Shown: positions 15,495-28,766 of the stretch, piece by piece
Layout: the number at the start of each line of letters is the position of its first letter
How positions within the stretch are numbered: position 1 is the first letter of the stretch
Assembly: GCA_024704765.1 (NCBI GenBank)
Contig: JAKMXF010000005.1
Location: 1 to 64,000 of the forward strand
Direction: 5' to 3'
Source: Oopsacas minuta
Taxonomy: Eukaryota > Animalia > Porifera
Length of the DNA stretch: 64,000 nucleotides
Notes under the pieces: generated by a model
The model's input: the letters and a program-made list of their open reading frames with translations, nothing else
The model's database searches: none
Told to the model about the DNA's origin: nothing
Made by a program: the position numbers and the translations under genes

Positions 15495-16136
15495 TGCTAA
15501 AGATTTTCAGAAATCGTCAAAATATGTGTCTAGTAGATAAGCATTTATTTAGCAAAATATTTCATTCTTCGATGCCTCGTAGAACGTTAAATATTGCATT
15601 TATCAACTGAATGTGAATAAATGAAATGATCTATATATACCTTTATCCAAAATGTCAGAAATTTGTTGTCCAAAAGTTGGCGCGTTGTTGAGTTACAATG
15701 GATGACAAAGTTACGTGAATATTCAATTATGACTCGAAAATCATTATTATTATGATAAAATCAGAATTGTAAATTTTTACTATTTACCCGACTTCTCATA
15801 CCCTTGTAATTCATTTTGATATGAAATACGTAATTGAGTATAGCGGAATCTTTCCATATATGGGTGTCGTCACATTAGTGCGAATATCACATCAATTTCT
15901 ATTACAAGGGTGTGGGAAGTCGGGTAAATAGTAAAAATTTACTTTTCTGATTTTACCATAAATTCCTCATCCATGGTAACTCCCCACTATCCAATTTTTG
16001 GGCGACAATTTTTGATCTTTTGTATAAAAGTATCTATAAATAATTTCATTTATTCACTTTGAGTTGATAAATGATATATTTGCTAAATATATGTTTACTA
16101 GACACATATTTTGACACATTCCTGAATACTTTAGCA
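15495..16136. repeat. ~640-bp fold-back (palindromic) element
   Basis: The left arm (TGCTAAAG...GTCAAAATATGTGTCTAGTA...TTTACCCGACTTCTCATACCCTTGTAAT) is the imperfect reverse complement of the right arm (ATTACAAGGGTGTGGGAAGTCGGGTAAA...TACTAGACACATATTTTGAC...CTTTAGCA). The spacer is ~90 bp. Confidence 0.85.
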
Positions 16137-17942
16137 CGTATTTGTTAAAATTTAATATCATACTAAAATCTAATACATTTAATGGAGCAATAATGCATTT
16201 TTGTGCAATATAGGAACTATTCTATAACCACTTTCAGCTAATACTGATACTTGGTGTCAAAGTTACTGTTAGACCTTATATTAATATGCTATGGTTAGCC
16301 ATTAATGAGTATTTTGCAGCTGCTTTAGTCGTTCCAAGTCTACTCCTCACTTTGGAATCAACGAACCCGAATGTTGAGAAAACTGCATCTACTTCTGCAG
16401 TTGATCTAATAGCGCCTAGTACTAATTATTTAAAGTCATTTGGAAATTACAATTCCCAGAGATCTAATAGTGGAAAAACATATTAAATATACTGAAATCG
16501 TGTTATTTCGTCAATTTGATTGCGCTGCCTAAAACACAAAACCAGATAGCAAAATGTAACATTAGCTAAATACTTGGAGAAATAATTATTTAATGGCTTG
16601 TATACTCCAATTTATAATGATCTCCAAGGGTACAAATTATCCGATATTAATTAGAGCATTATAAAATCCCGTAATTTGAAAATTCACTGAAATAAACCCT
16701 CCGGAATCAAAGACAAAGAATCCGATTATTGCATGTAGGAATTCGAATAAACAATTTAACACTGACTTGAGGGACAAAAATCCCGATGCGACAAAAACCC
16801 GTCTCAGAATAAGTCGATTCAGCTGTATATCACTTTACTTCAGGATTTTCATTCAAACCACAATGGTTTTATTTATCTAATAAAAGAATAATTATTACTC
16901 CTTTAATGTTTGCGAATTGAATCTTTTGACGATAAATAATCAATGGGATCTATTGGGACTACCAAGCCTACTATCCATAATTTCCATCAGCCAGACTAGA
17001 TATTGGTACCATCTCGGCAGAGTTGTGGAATGCAATACAGTATTATATACTATTATATCTAAGTTGTTTAATATGTCTTCTATCGAAAAAGTAATATTTT
17101 TAATACTTATTATGGGGTATACACATATTAATCACAACTAAGTATTATATTAAATCATATCTAAGTACGCATGTCAATTATTTCTCTCTGTATTATTTGG
17201 ATTTGATTGGGTTTGATTTGATTTGTATGGATTTGAATGAATATCGATCAAATCCACAACTCTGCATCTAAGGGCAGTAAAAGTTTAGTGGTCCTACAAT
17301 ATTTGTAGGATCTATTATATTTCCGATTGGCTAACTTTCTAATGATCGGATGGAATTCCGTCCGATCACTAGGAAGTTAAAATTCTTAAAATTCTTTACA
17401 ATTATTTCACTTCAATGTTATAGTCTAATCAAGTTTCTATACGGGTATTAGTAATCATCGTTGAACTTCCTCAAATGGTGGACACATGAGAATTTTTGCC
17501 GAATTATTATGCCTTGACAAACGCAAGTTGTGACATATTTCATTTTCAGTATGTGTCTAACACATCGGGTTACCCCTCTTGCGATTCTGCTCGGTCGTCG
17601 AACTCCAGCTGGGTACTTTAAACCCATTTATCATTTAATAGTATTTTTATCAAAGGGTATTTCGTCCGAACATAGGAAATTAGGTCAAGAATAATGCCAG
17701 TAACATTAAAAGATTCTATTCTTACAAATCTATCATTTATTTTGGAACTCTAGGGGTATATACTAATTATATTTTGCCCAAAATCGACATTAGTATTTGT
17801 CCACCGAGGTGGTCCCTTTTTGTCATAATTTGAGCTCTGGCTCATGGGCTAATGGGGAAGTATAATCATACAAGAGGTGATAAATCACGCTAACCTGCCA
17901 GTCTGCAAAGATATCTTAAACATTAACTAGAGATATGTGTTA

Positions 17943-19243
17943 CAGGGTGGCTTTTAAGTCCTGACCCATTATATATTTTGTTGTTCACATTGATAGACTA
18001 TTCTTACATGGATTTACTAATCGATATTTCAAAACACATATTGGAACTAATTATATTTGATTGAATTATTCAATGTGGCCACCTTTCTTTGTGATTACTG
18101 CTCGTAGACGCCCTGGCACTGCCTCTACTGCGGCGCGAAGGGTTTCTTCTGAGATTCTAGCCCATTCACGAAGTAGATCCTTCTTTAAAGACGCAATATT
18201 AGCATGAGTCTTGCGCATGCATTTTCTCCAATATCGCCCTTATGGAGAAATCCATGGGATTTAGATCGGGAGTAGACGGTGGCCATTCTTCTTTAGTGAT
18301 AAAATCGGGAACATTTTATAAAAGCTAGGTCTGAGTGATACGAGCTGTATGGGCTGGAGCCCCATCTTGTTGAAACAAGAATCGATTCTTGTTAAACATG
18401 CTAGCACCCAGGTCTTTCACTACAGATTCTAAAATACGATCCTTGTATTCTGTAAAATTGATTTTACACTCTGGGGGACAAATATCAGTGGTGTCCGTCC
18501 AAAACCGGAGACCCCTCCCCAAATCATCACTGAAAGTGGCTTTGGACTCTCCGAACATAGCGGAGTTCTTCATTTATAGTGAAAGAAGTAGAAGATAAGA
18601 TCCTGTCGTTTTGAGAGTTGCTGGCCTCCTCAATTGTGAATGACTTTTCATCTGAATACAGAACATTATGATAGCCATGTTCTGCGAGCCGACTAAGAAG
18701 TTTTTTGCTACGAAGTAATCGTTTTTGTCGAATCGCAGTTGGGAGATAGTGTACCTTTCTTCGTTTATAAGAAGATAGACCCAGGGAACTTTTCACATCT
18801 TATGGACTGATGTACGCGATATTTTGAGTTCAGATGACATTTTTCTCATTAATCGGCGTAGATTTCGCCGAATTCTGTCTCTGATTATTTTCTTCATCCT
18901 GGTTGTGGTTACAGTAATTGGACGTCCACTTCTACTTTTGTCTTTGACACTAATAGTCTCAAGATAGCGTTAGATAGTACTATAGACAAATTTCCTCCGC
19001 TCTTTCGGGATATTCAATGATCTCATAATGTCACATTGACGCTTCCCATTGACAAATAATTCAATTATAGCAGATCGCTGTCTTTCCATCTGTGCAGTGA
19101 AGGGATCGTGTAGAAATATCACTAAGTAATAATTATGCTAGACTACATACATATGCAACATATATAAATATCATAACCTAAGAAAATTTATTATGCTTGT
19201 TGTAAAACTGCAAATATAGGGGTCAGAACTTAAAGCCACCCTG
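17943..19243 (-). mobile_element. Full-length Tc1/mariner maT (DD37D) element with pseudogenised transposase (~18066-19089)
   Basis: TA|CAGGGTGGCTTTTAAGTCCTGACC ... GGTCAGAACTTAAAGCCACCCTG|TA, 1301 bp. Motifs YSDEK, QQDGAPAH-x37-PDLNPMD (counted), SGRP. In-frame stops and a frameshift. Confidence 0.9.
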
Positions 19244-19443
19244 TAAATAAAAATTAGCAATCTGAACATTGCCACCTTAGATGCTACCAAATCATGAGGT
19301 TTGGGGTCTGGGGTCATGAACCATAAGATCTCACAATTCCTTTAGGATTTGAACTAGTGATGCACGTGTACGCCTAAGTATTTGCATGGAGTATCAATTA
19401 TTCAGAAACGGTTCATTTTCGGCCAATAAATTTATGCCATATA

Positions 19444-19666
19444 CAGTAAAAATCAAATAACTAGGACATTCGTTATCTCGAACGAAATTTCATTTCCCCT
19501 CGTTATACATTCAGTATATATAGAAGAACCGTTCGCTATCTCGAATGCTCGTTAACTCGAATGAATATTCACTTCATTTGTTGTCTTTTTAGTACTTATC
19601 ATTCAACTCGAACATTCGCCATCTCCATCAGATTTTCTGAGGGTTCGAGTTACCGGATGTTGACTG
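19444..19666. mobile_element. pogo/Tigger-type MITE
   Basis: TA|CAGTAAAAAT...GATGTTGACTG|TA termini with internal (A/T)CTCGAA repeats. Confidence 0.65.
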
Positions 19667-19749
19667 TATATAGAACGCAATTTTCAACCAATATATTTAA
19701 TATACTAATGATATTTCCGGAATGTGACTAATTGTTTGTCAAGTAAGCA

Positions 19750-20560
19750 TTAATCTGGAAATGATAAATCTACGTGAATCGGCACTCTGATATAATTTCA
19801 TTTACTAATTTCTTCCAAATTCAGCAGTTATAAATTCTCGTAGGAATAGATCATAGTTAGTCAATTAGACGATTTGTTTCATTGCTGTTCCAAGAGCTTT
19901 TAGTCTTCGCTAGCAGAAATACTTATTTCGACTGTGTAAGTAGTGCTTTAGATAACTAGAAAAACTTGCAAAATGATACAATTCTCTACTCATTGTTCGG
20001 GCAGTCGTTTGCGTTTTAGGAGATTAATTTGTTCTGTGAATGTATGCAGTTGTATTTTTGGTCTTGGTTCTTAAAATATTCTATTAGAGTAATATCGACG
20101 AAGTAGACTCTAGAATTTACTTCCTTTCACCATAAAGATTGAAGGATGTCACAGCTGCTCATTTCATCGCCTCCCACTTTGACTCTTGGGCGCCTTCAAT
20201 TTGAAACCTTCTGCTTCGAAACGAACTGTTTCCAGTTCAATGTGAACCTGCGCTTTACAATTCGTAGTGATTTCAGGATAAAATTTGTCAAGTCTTGGGC
20301 TCCAGCAATACTAGTCCCAATCTTATGCAATTTTGTATTCGCCGAATCCATAACTTTAAATATTTGGAATTGAACATTCAAGTGATAATAGAATGAAAAT
20401 TCTTCCACTTTATCCAACAGGCCATTTGCAATTGCTCTTGCTTCGCCTCTTTCTTCCGATCATAGCTAAATTCAAGAGTGTTGTATCTTCAGCTGTAATA
20501 ACGTAAAATCGAGCCACGGCCACATCATTTAACTTCCACCAAGTGGGACTTAAATGGTCG
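19750..20560 (-). pseudogene. Degenerate hAT transposase C-terminal region
   Basis: ARAIANGLLDKVEEFSF...IFKVMD..NTKLH, followed by a decayed RRLK...AM.Q.RL dimerisation-like segment. Boundaries approximate. Confidence 0.55.
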
Positions 20561-20741
20561 TAAACGATTTAAGTTTGTGGAGATTATTGGCATTTTCACA
20601 TGTTTACTTGTTAGGCCGGATCGAGAAAAGTATAAATCGTCGGTTCAACTTCTACCTAAGGGAAAAGTTGCCTTTACCATTTTCTAGGAAAATGCGAGAC
20701 TTAAATTTGAAAAATATTTCGATTTGACCCTTGCGGTTTTN

Positions 20742-21062
20742 CTTTTTGCAGAGGAAACTCCGTCAGGTTCAGGATATGTTCCAACTTTTAAAAACTTTAC
20801 AATTTCTTCATAAAATACTTCCATCTTTATTGTTACTTGAAAATTATTTACAATTTATATGCGAATTCGAGTAAGCTATCTTGGTCACAAATGTGTCAAG
20901 TCATTATTACGTCAATACTACAAATAAACCGCATAATGATACCTACATATTCTGTATATAGTTTCTCCTTCTGTTACCGTGCCTCAATATTCTACAGTAG
21001 ATATTCATCCATGGTCTATGTATGCAGTGCCTCAATATTCTACGTGCCTCACTAATCTATGC
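20742..21062. mobile_element. Right half of a TIR element whose left half is at 34824-35086
   Basis: 20950-21062 (...GTGCCTCAATATTCTACAGTAGATATTCATCCATGG...CACTAATCTATGC) is the reverse complement of 34824-34942. The segment begins at N20741. Confidence 0.75.
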
Positions 21063-22228
21063 AACAGACCTAAGAGCGTGTCGGTCGATTTTTGAAAAGT
21101 TTGCTAATGATTATTGTTTGAGACTATGTCAGCAACTGAGAGTGGTTCGAGACGGCAAAGTTTGTTTTACATGTTATTGAAAAGGAGCCCAATGAAAAGG
21201 AAAACAATATTCCTGTCCAGGGAAAATATATAGCTCGGACTCTACCCATTTGGCTACCTATATATTCAATGAGGTATTGAGTCATGATAGGCACATATTA
21301 GGGCTCTAAATGCAAATTGAAATCGAAAAAGGGTAAAGTCAATGTGTTTAGGGCACATTTGTGTTTGGAATGTTGCCAAATTCATGACCTTGGTGACCGA
21401 AAACATCATAGGAAGAATAGTGATGTGGCCACGCAAACGCACAGAAATTTGAAAATATTGTATATGAAATGCTCTTCAATTTTTACTCTTTATAATATAG
21501 TATCGTCAAGGATCATACCCTTGGAGCACTCAGCGGTCCTAGATAATCCCTTATCTCTTTAAATCCTTTTCGAGTTGCCCAGAAAGGTATTCAATGAATT
21601 AACTCTTTGCTTAAACAAACTCCTGCCTGACCATTTTGCCTATGTATGACCTGTTTGGGCGAACAACATCTTTAGTGACTTGACATATTCCTTGATTCAA
21701 GGGTAGGCATCCACTTTCCAAGTGTGGATATTCGCCCTTCCTTTGATCCCCTTAGTTTCACCCCAATCATTTGAATATATCTGTTTCATCACCTTTTTTC
21801 TAAATTCGGCTATTTAGAAGGTTACAAAAATTATGTTGTAATCTAAGAATTGGTTATTATCACGATTTGGATTTAATGTTGAAATTGAGCTCTACGTTCA
21901 AAGAATATGCGAAGTCATAACTTTATAGAAATCAAGTGCGAGATTTCACTCGGTTGAACCCCATATTATAATCGTACAGTGCACTCCCGTTCAACCAAGT
22001 TAGTAATTATTACTTCCGTTAAAGTTAAATGGTTTTTTACTCCATCAAGATTCTAATCGCTGTTGCACCTTACGTAAGTCATCATAACATTAGTATCATA
22101 TTTACTTAATCGTTTGTGTATAATCCCGGAATAATTAGTTCGTAAGCTGATTGTTATCTAGGAATCACAATAGATAACTCGTACAACACATTCTTAGCCA
22201 GAAATGTTGGTTTGAATATATAGTAAAC

Positions 22229-22584
22229 CAGAGCTGCAAATGGGTGATACAAAAATGAACTATGATCCATACGACCCATGGATCATGATCTATCTTGGCC
22301 CCTTAACTTTTGAGACACAACACAGTATAACATTAAGAGATTCATGTTCCTTGGATTAGAATAACTAGAAGTGTGTTGATAATCAATTGCAATTCAATTT
22401 TCAGCAATATTTAATTCTTGACAATAATATTGCCGTGACAAACATAATTGTTGACTAGTACCTTTTAGACATTAATGTATAGCAAATCGCATATAACTTC
22501 GTTATATTTTTCCAAATACACTAAATGCATATAAGTGCTGGTGGGTCATGACCCATCGACCCATCTGACCCATTTGCAGCTCTG
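22229..22584. mobile_element. hAT MITE with 8-bp TSD
   Basis: 16-bp TIR CAGAGCTGCAAATGGG / CCCATTTGCAGCTCTG. Flanks TAGTAAAC / CAGTAAAC (7/8). Internal GACCCAT repeats. Confidence 0.85.
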
Positions 22585-23050
22585 CAGTAAACCTCTAAAT
22601 GTGAACACTTCCAAGAAGTGAACAAAAAGATGATTACCTTTCCTCGGTCGCACATGTTTTCCATTGCTACACACAATGTCATAAATAGAATACACCTCAA
22701 AATGTATAAATCTACTGAGTGTAACGAAAGTGTTGATACCCTAGATAATTCATTAAAACTTATAATATATTTGAGTGATTCGAAATATTATCGGTTTATA
22801 TATGAACAATTTCGTTCTAATACAATTCTTATACCTTCCGGCATGCTAGCTACTAAATTCTCTAAAATACTTGGGCTAATGTCTCTCCATGCTGATTTTA
22901 CTGTTTCTATTAGCTGTTCCCTCCTTGTGATTTGGCCCTCTTCATTAACCTTCTCTTTCACTATTCCCCAAAGGTTTTCAATAGGGTTTAAGTCAGGGGA
23001 GTTCCCAGGCCATTCAATCTTACGCCAGAAAGCATTTAAATGATCTTGAC
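22585..23050 (-). mobile_element. 3' part of a Tc1-like transposase, cut by N23051
   Basis: Minus strand reads IEWPGNSPDLNPIENLWGIVKEKV...AWRDISPSILENLVASMP (DD34E C-terminus). Confidence 0.85.
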
Positions 23051-23051
23051 N

Positions 23052-23275
23052 GAGCGAGCAACCAACCTAAAAATGTTAGAAAAGCAGCTGATTTTGGCCT
23101 GGAAGGAAATCTCACCGGAGACACTAGAGAAACTCATAGCAGGGATGCCCTCTCGCATTAATAAATGTTTAAAATTAAATGTAGATTACATAAGAAAGTA
23201 AATAGCACACCTTTCTAGTTCGCATTATTGAAATATGCATGGTATAAAATGGGACATCAATTTCTTAACACCCTG
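23052..23275 (+). mobile_element. 3' end of a Tc1-like element (left end at 39582-39707)
   Basis: LILAWKEISPETLEKLIAGMPSRINKCL. The terminus GACATCAATTTCTTAACACCCTG|TA is the exact inverse of TA|CAGGGTGTTAAGAAATTGATGTC at 39582. Confidence 0.85.
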
Positions 23276-23929
23276 TATATATTTATATATATTCTGTTTT
23301 TGTTTTTGTGGTATTTGATATTGTAATACTGTTATATCTACTTTAACAATATGACTTCTTGCAGTTCAGAGACCTATGCATAGATCTTCTATGTAGTGGG
23401 TGTAGAATGTTATTATTGGCCACTAATAGCGTTGCCAAAAATCGAAAACAAGTGATGGATTTTCTCTCTTTTGTGGGCACTGCTGAGGTAGACCAGCATC
23501 CCTAAAGTCCAGATCTACCTAAATGTCCATAACTTTTGTTTATGAATGATAGTGCAATCACCTCTTAGAGGAAATTTTTGAAGATATGAATGCCCTTTTA
23601 TGTGCCATTTTGGTAGTACATACATCAAAGCATTTTGTAAAAGTAATATAATATGACATTATTGACACTGACAGTGTCGTTATGGTGGTTTTCTGTGTAG
23701 ATCGTTATTATTTCAGGTATTATTGTTTTTTCCTGCGAATTTTATCCACAAAAGCGTATTATTAGTATGTACTCGAAATCCGGATTAACCTAATTCTAGA
23801 AACTAGGCGAATGAATATATATGAATTCTTCACCTGAAACTAATTGAAATGTAGACTATCAGATATATATTATTAGAGTGTTAATTTACACCCTTCTAAA
23901 CAGCAATAATCTTTCGATAACATCATTAA

Positions 23930-24700
23930 CATTGGGGTGCATATAAATTCCACGATTATCGAGTTATTTGTTGATATTAGCCAAACATTTGACACCCATG
24001 GTCTGGGCGTTAAATCAGAAACGTGCGAACGTTGTCATGACAAATTCTTATACTTTTACAGGTACGGTTTTAGATCATTCAGTTTGTCAACATTTTGAAC
24101 ACAGAGTAGGAATTTTCGTTATACATGATTTCAAAAAGGAGCAAAATTTTTAATATGTATATTGCCAATTACACTAACAAATGACGTCACTTCGATGTGA
24201 TAATTTTCACAAATGCGGTTTTGTGAATTCTTACTTTGAGAAGCCATTCTCATGCTTGGATATCACATATATTGGGCTGGTAGTACATTTAACGCGAATA
24301 TCTTGCAAAGTTTCTCTGCTAAGGCACATCTATACCAAATCCATGTCATGTATGCTTTAACAAATATTTCCCGTAGTGTGATAGACTAGCATATCCCTAG
24401 TGCATTTAATGTTCGGCCTTACATAGATCAGGCTATTAATGAAGAACCTTTTCACTTAACATTGACCCCGGAAGGTACGAAATGGTAGTCATGCCATTGG
24501 TTTGATTTATCTTATAATCAGGCCCGACAAACAATATTACATACCGTGTCTACAAATCTGACCGTTTGCGCCGCCCATGTCATATTCAGGTCGCTTCAAT
24601 AGATGTGATTTGCTATTATCGATGATCACCATGGTTAAATTTCTTTTCATTGATTGGCAGTTCAACTGCAATCATACGTGATCCAACTCTAGGTGTGATT
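23930..24700 (+). pseudogene. Possible highly decayed LINE reverse-transcriptase remnant
   Basis: LFVDISQTFDT resembles the RT motif FxDLSKAFDT. Other motifs are barely recognisable. Confidence 0.35.
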
Positions 24701-24829
24701 TTTATGTGTTCAAAATACTAATGTATCATCAATTTTGTTGTCAGAATTTCAATGTATATTTTATCTCTGCAATTCGTATTTTGATCAATGTTTTGTAGTA
24801 ATTCTATTATGTCGTTTATTATTTTATAG

Positions 24830-25227
24830 TCACTTGTGGAAAAATTGCAAATCAATTCTACTTCACTTTTTACTTCTCATCCGATTTCATATGATTTCCT
24901 TTTTGAAAAGCTTACTGAAATGAATGCATCTTTTGACTTGTTTTCTCATAATATTTCTAATAGAGCACTTCAGTTGCGAGCTTGTAATTATTTTCAAAGA
25001 TTTTTAACTGAACAGAGAGACCTATTATTTTGGATTACGTCTCTTCAGGGACAGATTCATATAGGTGAATTATCTCTTGAGATTAGCGGAGCCGAAGCTT
25101 TATTGATGAGGATTGAAGAGCTGAAAATTGAAATTTATGCTCGGGAAGATAACTATAATTCAGTTTATAACTTCGGATTAGAATTAGTTCAGGATGTGCA
25201 TTTTTCAAAACAAGAAATATCTACGAG
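24830..25227 (+). CDS. SPTAN1: Alpha-spectrin internal exon
   Basis: Acceptor attttatag|TCA and donor ACGAG|gtatca (phase 2). SLVEKLQINSTSLFTSHP...FQRFLTEQRDLLFWI...GAEALL.R.EE.K.EI.AR aligns with alpha-II DKVNSLGETAERLIQSHP...LQRFLSDFRDLMSWI...GAEALLERHQEHRTEIDAR. Confidence 0.9.
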
Positions 25228-26299
25228 GTATCATTAACAATTACAGTATTCTCGCTTGTTAGGTCACTGTGAGATACTTTCTTTGTGCTTTTGGTCGCTA
25301 CGTGATTGGATATCCTCTGCACTGCGTACCCGTGATTAAGGTTTCAGAGTTCCATCATGAATTTGGTTGATCGCCGCCCAATAAAGTGAATTTTAGATAT
25401 TTCAAATTGGTGGCAATTTCGTCATGATTCCGTCATAGGTATGAATTTTCGCCCAAGGCTCGAACTTCTCCGAGCCAAGCTAGTCCGATCGCTTAGATTT
25501 TATTACTTGCGCCACATTGCTGATGATCCCTGAGTACTTGATTTGAATCTTAAAAGTTAAAGCTCTTGTAATTCATAGCCTACTAAAGACAAGATCTGAT
25601 CACTACTAGGACTGTTGACGAATCCTCATTATCTAAGATCCGGGTATAGAATCCTTGGGCACAGAATGCCCAGGTATAACCGGGTACCCGAGTATTTGAA
25701 TTACAGTGGGGTTACATGCTTATTTTCTTACCAGAAAAGCACAATAAGTCGAATATTTCAGGATCAAATTTGTCATGTTCTCTACCCATTATACTACAAT
25801 ATATGTTATTCAATCAAACTAAATAGCGATATGATTTAATACAATGGATAACTGAAGACCAAACGCTAATAGAACAGTAGTTGATCATCATTATAAGACA
25901 GTCAGGTGATAAAACATCATAAGAACTTTACTGGAAAGTCTTTATGATTACGTAGGTTCCTCCTCCCACTTAATATAGATCTTAACATCGTGTTGAAAAG
26001 GCCTGCTGCGGAAATGCACTTTCAGCTTCTACACTGGTAGGAGGGATAGTATATAGGGACTATGCTATTTCGTGTATAATATTATATTACCCGGGTACCC
26101 GAGGCTTCAATTACCCGAGTATCGAATATTAATCGAAATTTTGGAACCGGGTCCCACCACTAGCAAGTATATATTAAATAATGCTCAATCTTTGAAACCA
26201 TGTTGAACGTTAATTCTTTACCTATGTTTAATATGTTGAAATACCAAATGATCTAAAGCCTTCTCTCTACAAAATCTACGCATTTTTTCATGATAAGTT

Positions 26300-27450
26300 T
26301 CGCCTTTTATCCCTGGGCCCTTGAAAATTTACTCCGTGATCAAGCAATATCTTTAGTAGGCTATGTGTAAACATATTTTTTGAGTTTTCGCATGACATAA
26401 GATCACATAGGAAGGTATTCCAAACCCTTTACTAACAAATTCGCGCTGGGAATTATATCAGCCTCTACTACCATATAGCATTTTGGGGAATACCCATTTA
26501 TCTTCAAAGTTGTATAATATTTTGCCTACTAGGTGATCAACATTGATATTTGTATTTACTTTCTGTTTTCGAAAAGGATTGTGTGATTTTTTATTTCTCA
26601 ACAATATATTAGTTGTTAAAATGCCCTATTCATTGATTGCTATTGCTAATGGATTCTCTATGTAATTCATAGGTGCTTTGTACCTTATATTGTCAAATGG
26701 TATTATTGTCTCAGGCTTTGCGTGTATAAACCATGGTGATGCATTCAACATTTGTAGAAATGACTCTTTCGCTGGATAGAAAACACTTAGGCCTCAAATG
26801 AAATGTTCAATTGACAATATGCTTCATTTACAAACTTTTCCCTACTATATTGATGCAGCTATATTATAGCCTACCATACATAAGGACTCTCAACTTATTT
26901 AGGATTTTCGGGTGTATGTCTCGACCGAAGCATTTTAGTGAGTTCCTTTGTTTCACAAACAGCTAATTTTGCCTGAATAAATGTATTGCATGTATGTAGA
27001 TCAACAAATTATCAGCCAATATATGTAAAGATACTTTAATAATATGTCAAAATCTTGTCTAATAAGCATCTACCCTCTCTAAATATGTCATTCTTTCATA
27101 ACTTGTAGAAACATTAAATCTTTCATTTCAAAGTGGTTTTTATGAAATTACCTATAGATACTTTTCTACAAATATCAAAGATTTGCATAGTAAATTTTGT
27201 TCGTCCTTGATTTACTGTAGACGCCATGTGTCACACATTTTTGAATTTTCAATTAAGTCGATAATTATGAGAGTTATTTTTATGTTAGAATAGCCAATTT
27301 GTAATAAATAGCCGCCTTCCCATACCCTTGTTATTCATTTTGGCATGATATCTGAAAATTTATTGCGTAATGTGAATAGCATGTTCACAATTAGGTTACA
27401 TTGGTAAGAGATAACACATCAAATTGTATTTTATTGATATGGGATTTCGG
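26300..27450 (-). pseudogene. Possible decayed LINE RT remnant
   Basis: Minus-strand traces such as LHILADNLLIY (FADD-like) and a G..G....W..SYL-like stretch. Heavily interrupted; boundaries approximate. Confidence 0.35.
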
Positions 27451-28766
27451 CATTTGCTACAAATTTGGTATTCAGATTTACGATAACTTTCACGATTATC
27501 GAGTATCCATTGAATATTCATAGAAATGTGTGATTCTGAAAAACGAGCCAATTTTTCTATCATAAAATTTGTATGTATATATAAGTATATATTTTCTATA
27601 GCTTAATTCGAATATTCACTTTGAACTGAGTGGTGCAATATTTAACTTTCCACAATATCTCAATGAATGACCTATTTACCAGATTACTGCTTACTAAACA
27701 ACATTTTTACCCATTCCTGAATTGTTTTTAATAAATCTTTTGATAAATGGTTGTTCTACATATATACAATACAATATTTATTCAGGCAAGAATGAGTCAT
27801 TTCTGAAATACAGAAATTAGTACTTGCAAATACTTCGCTCAAACCACATCCCTAATTGAAATTCTTAAATGAGTTGTGAGGCTATTGCTATGACTATACT
27901 CATTTTAGCATATGCTGTGAAGTTTGAAAGTAAATGAGGAATTTCTGATCTGATATAATGGGTAATTGACTGGTTAGAAGTTACCAAGTATATAATTACT
28001 GATCTATTAATGACATACATATTTGGAGCTATGTTGAGTATTTTTACTGATGCTGAAGCTTATATAATCATTTTTAATAGTATGATGTATCATGTGAAAT
28101 TTACAGCAAATTTAATATCAACACAATGTTGTTAACTAATTAATTGATGTTACACAATCAGAATAACCGAAACAACTGATGATAACTAACTAATGTTAAC
28201 AGAACTAATGTTGAGATTAATATTCCTCCGGTTTCTAAATAAATAAATAACTCCCATGCCGATGGAAGGCTACGAAGGTTAGATAACAGAGTTCCCGGAG
28301 GAATGCAATGCCTGTGCATATTCAGTTCTTCATTAGCATCTAATTGTCATAGGTAACCAAACGTGAAATATTATTTTGCTGAGCCCTTTTGATAAATATC
28401 AATTTGTACTACTCTTTGGGCTAAAATTTCGACTTCATATTTTTGGATTTGCCTACATTGATCTCAGTTCATTTTCATACATTTAATTAAAGATATAACT
28501 TTTAGGAATTGGTCGTTTGTTCCTTGATGCCATATTTCCGATTGCCTTGAAATGTATTGTAGTTAATGCTTAGGAATCTTAACTTTGTCCAATCTCCAAC
28601 CTGAAAAGGGGTGTTTGGCCCCGCCCCTACTCTTCGCATCATTAATCCTTTATCTAAATGTAGGTTAACTTTGAACCTCAGTGACATAAACTTTATCTGC
28701 CATTTATGCTTATGTATTTCACCATTCAAGTTCCCATGAAAATTTTATTGTAAATCTTCTATATAG

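Noticed and set aside
25600-26165. CCGGGTACCCG repeats suggesting a CRISPR-like or tandem array
   Set aside because: Spacing is irregular, with no constant repeat-spacer structure. They look like MITE subterminal repeats, and I could not define both termini.
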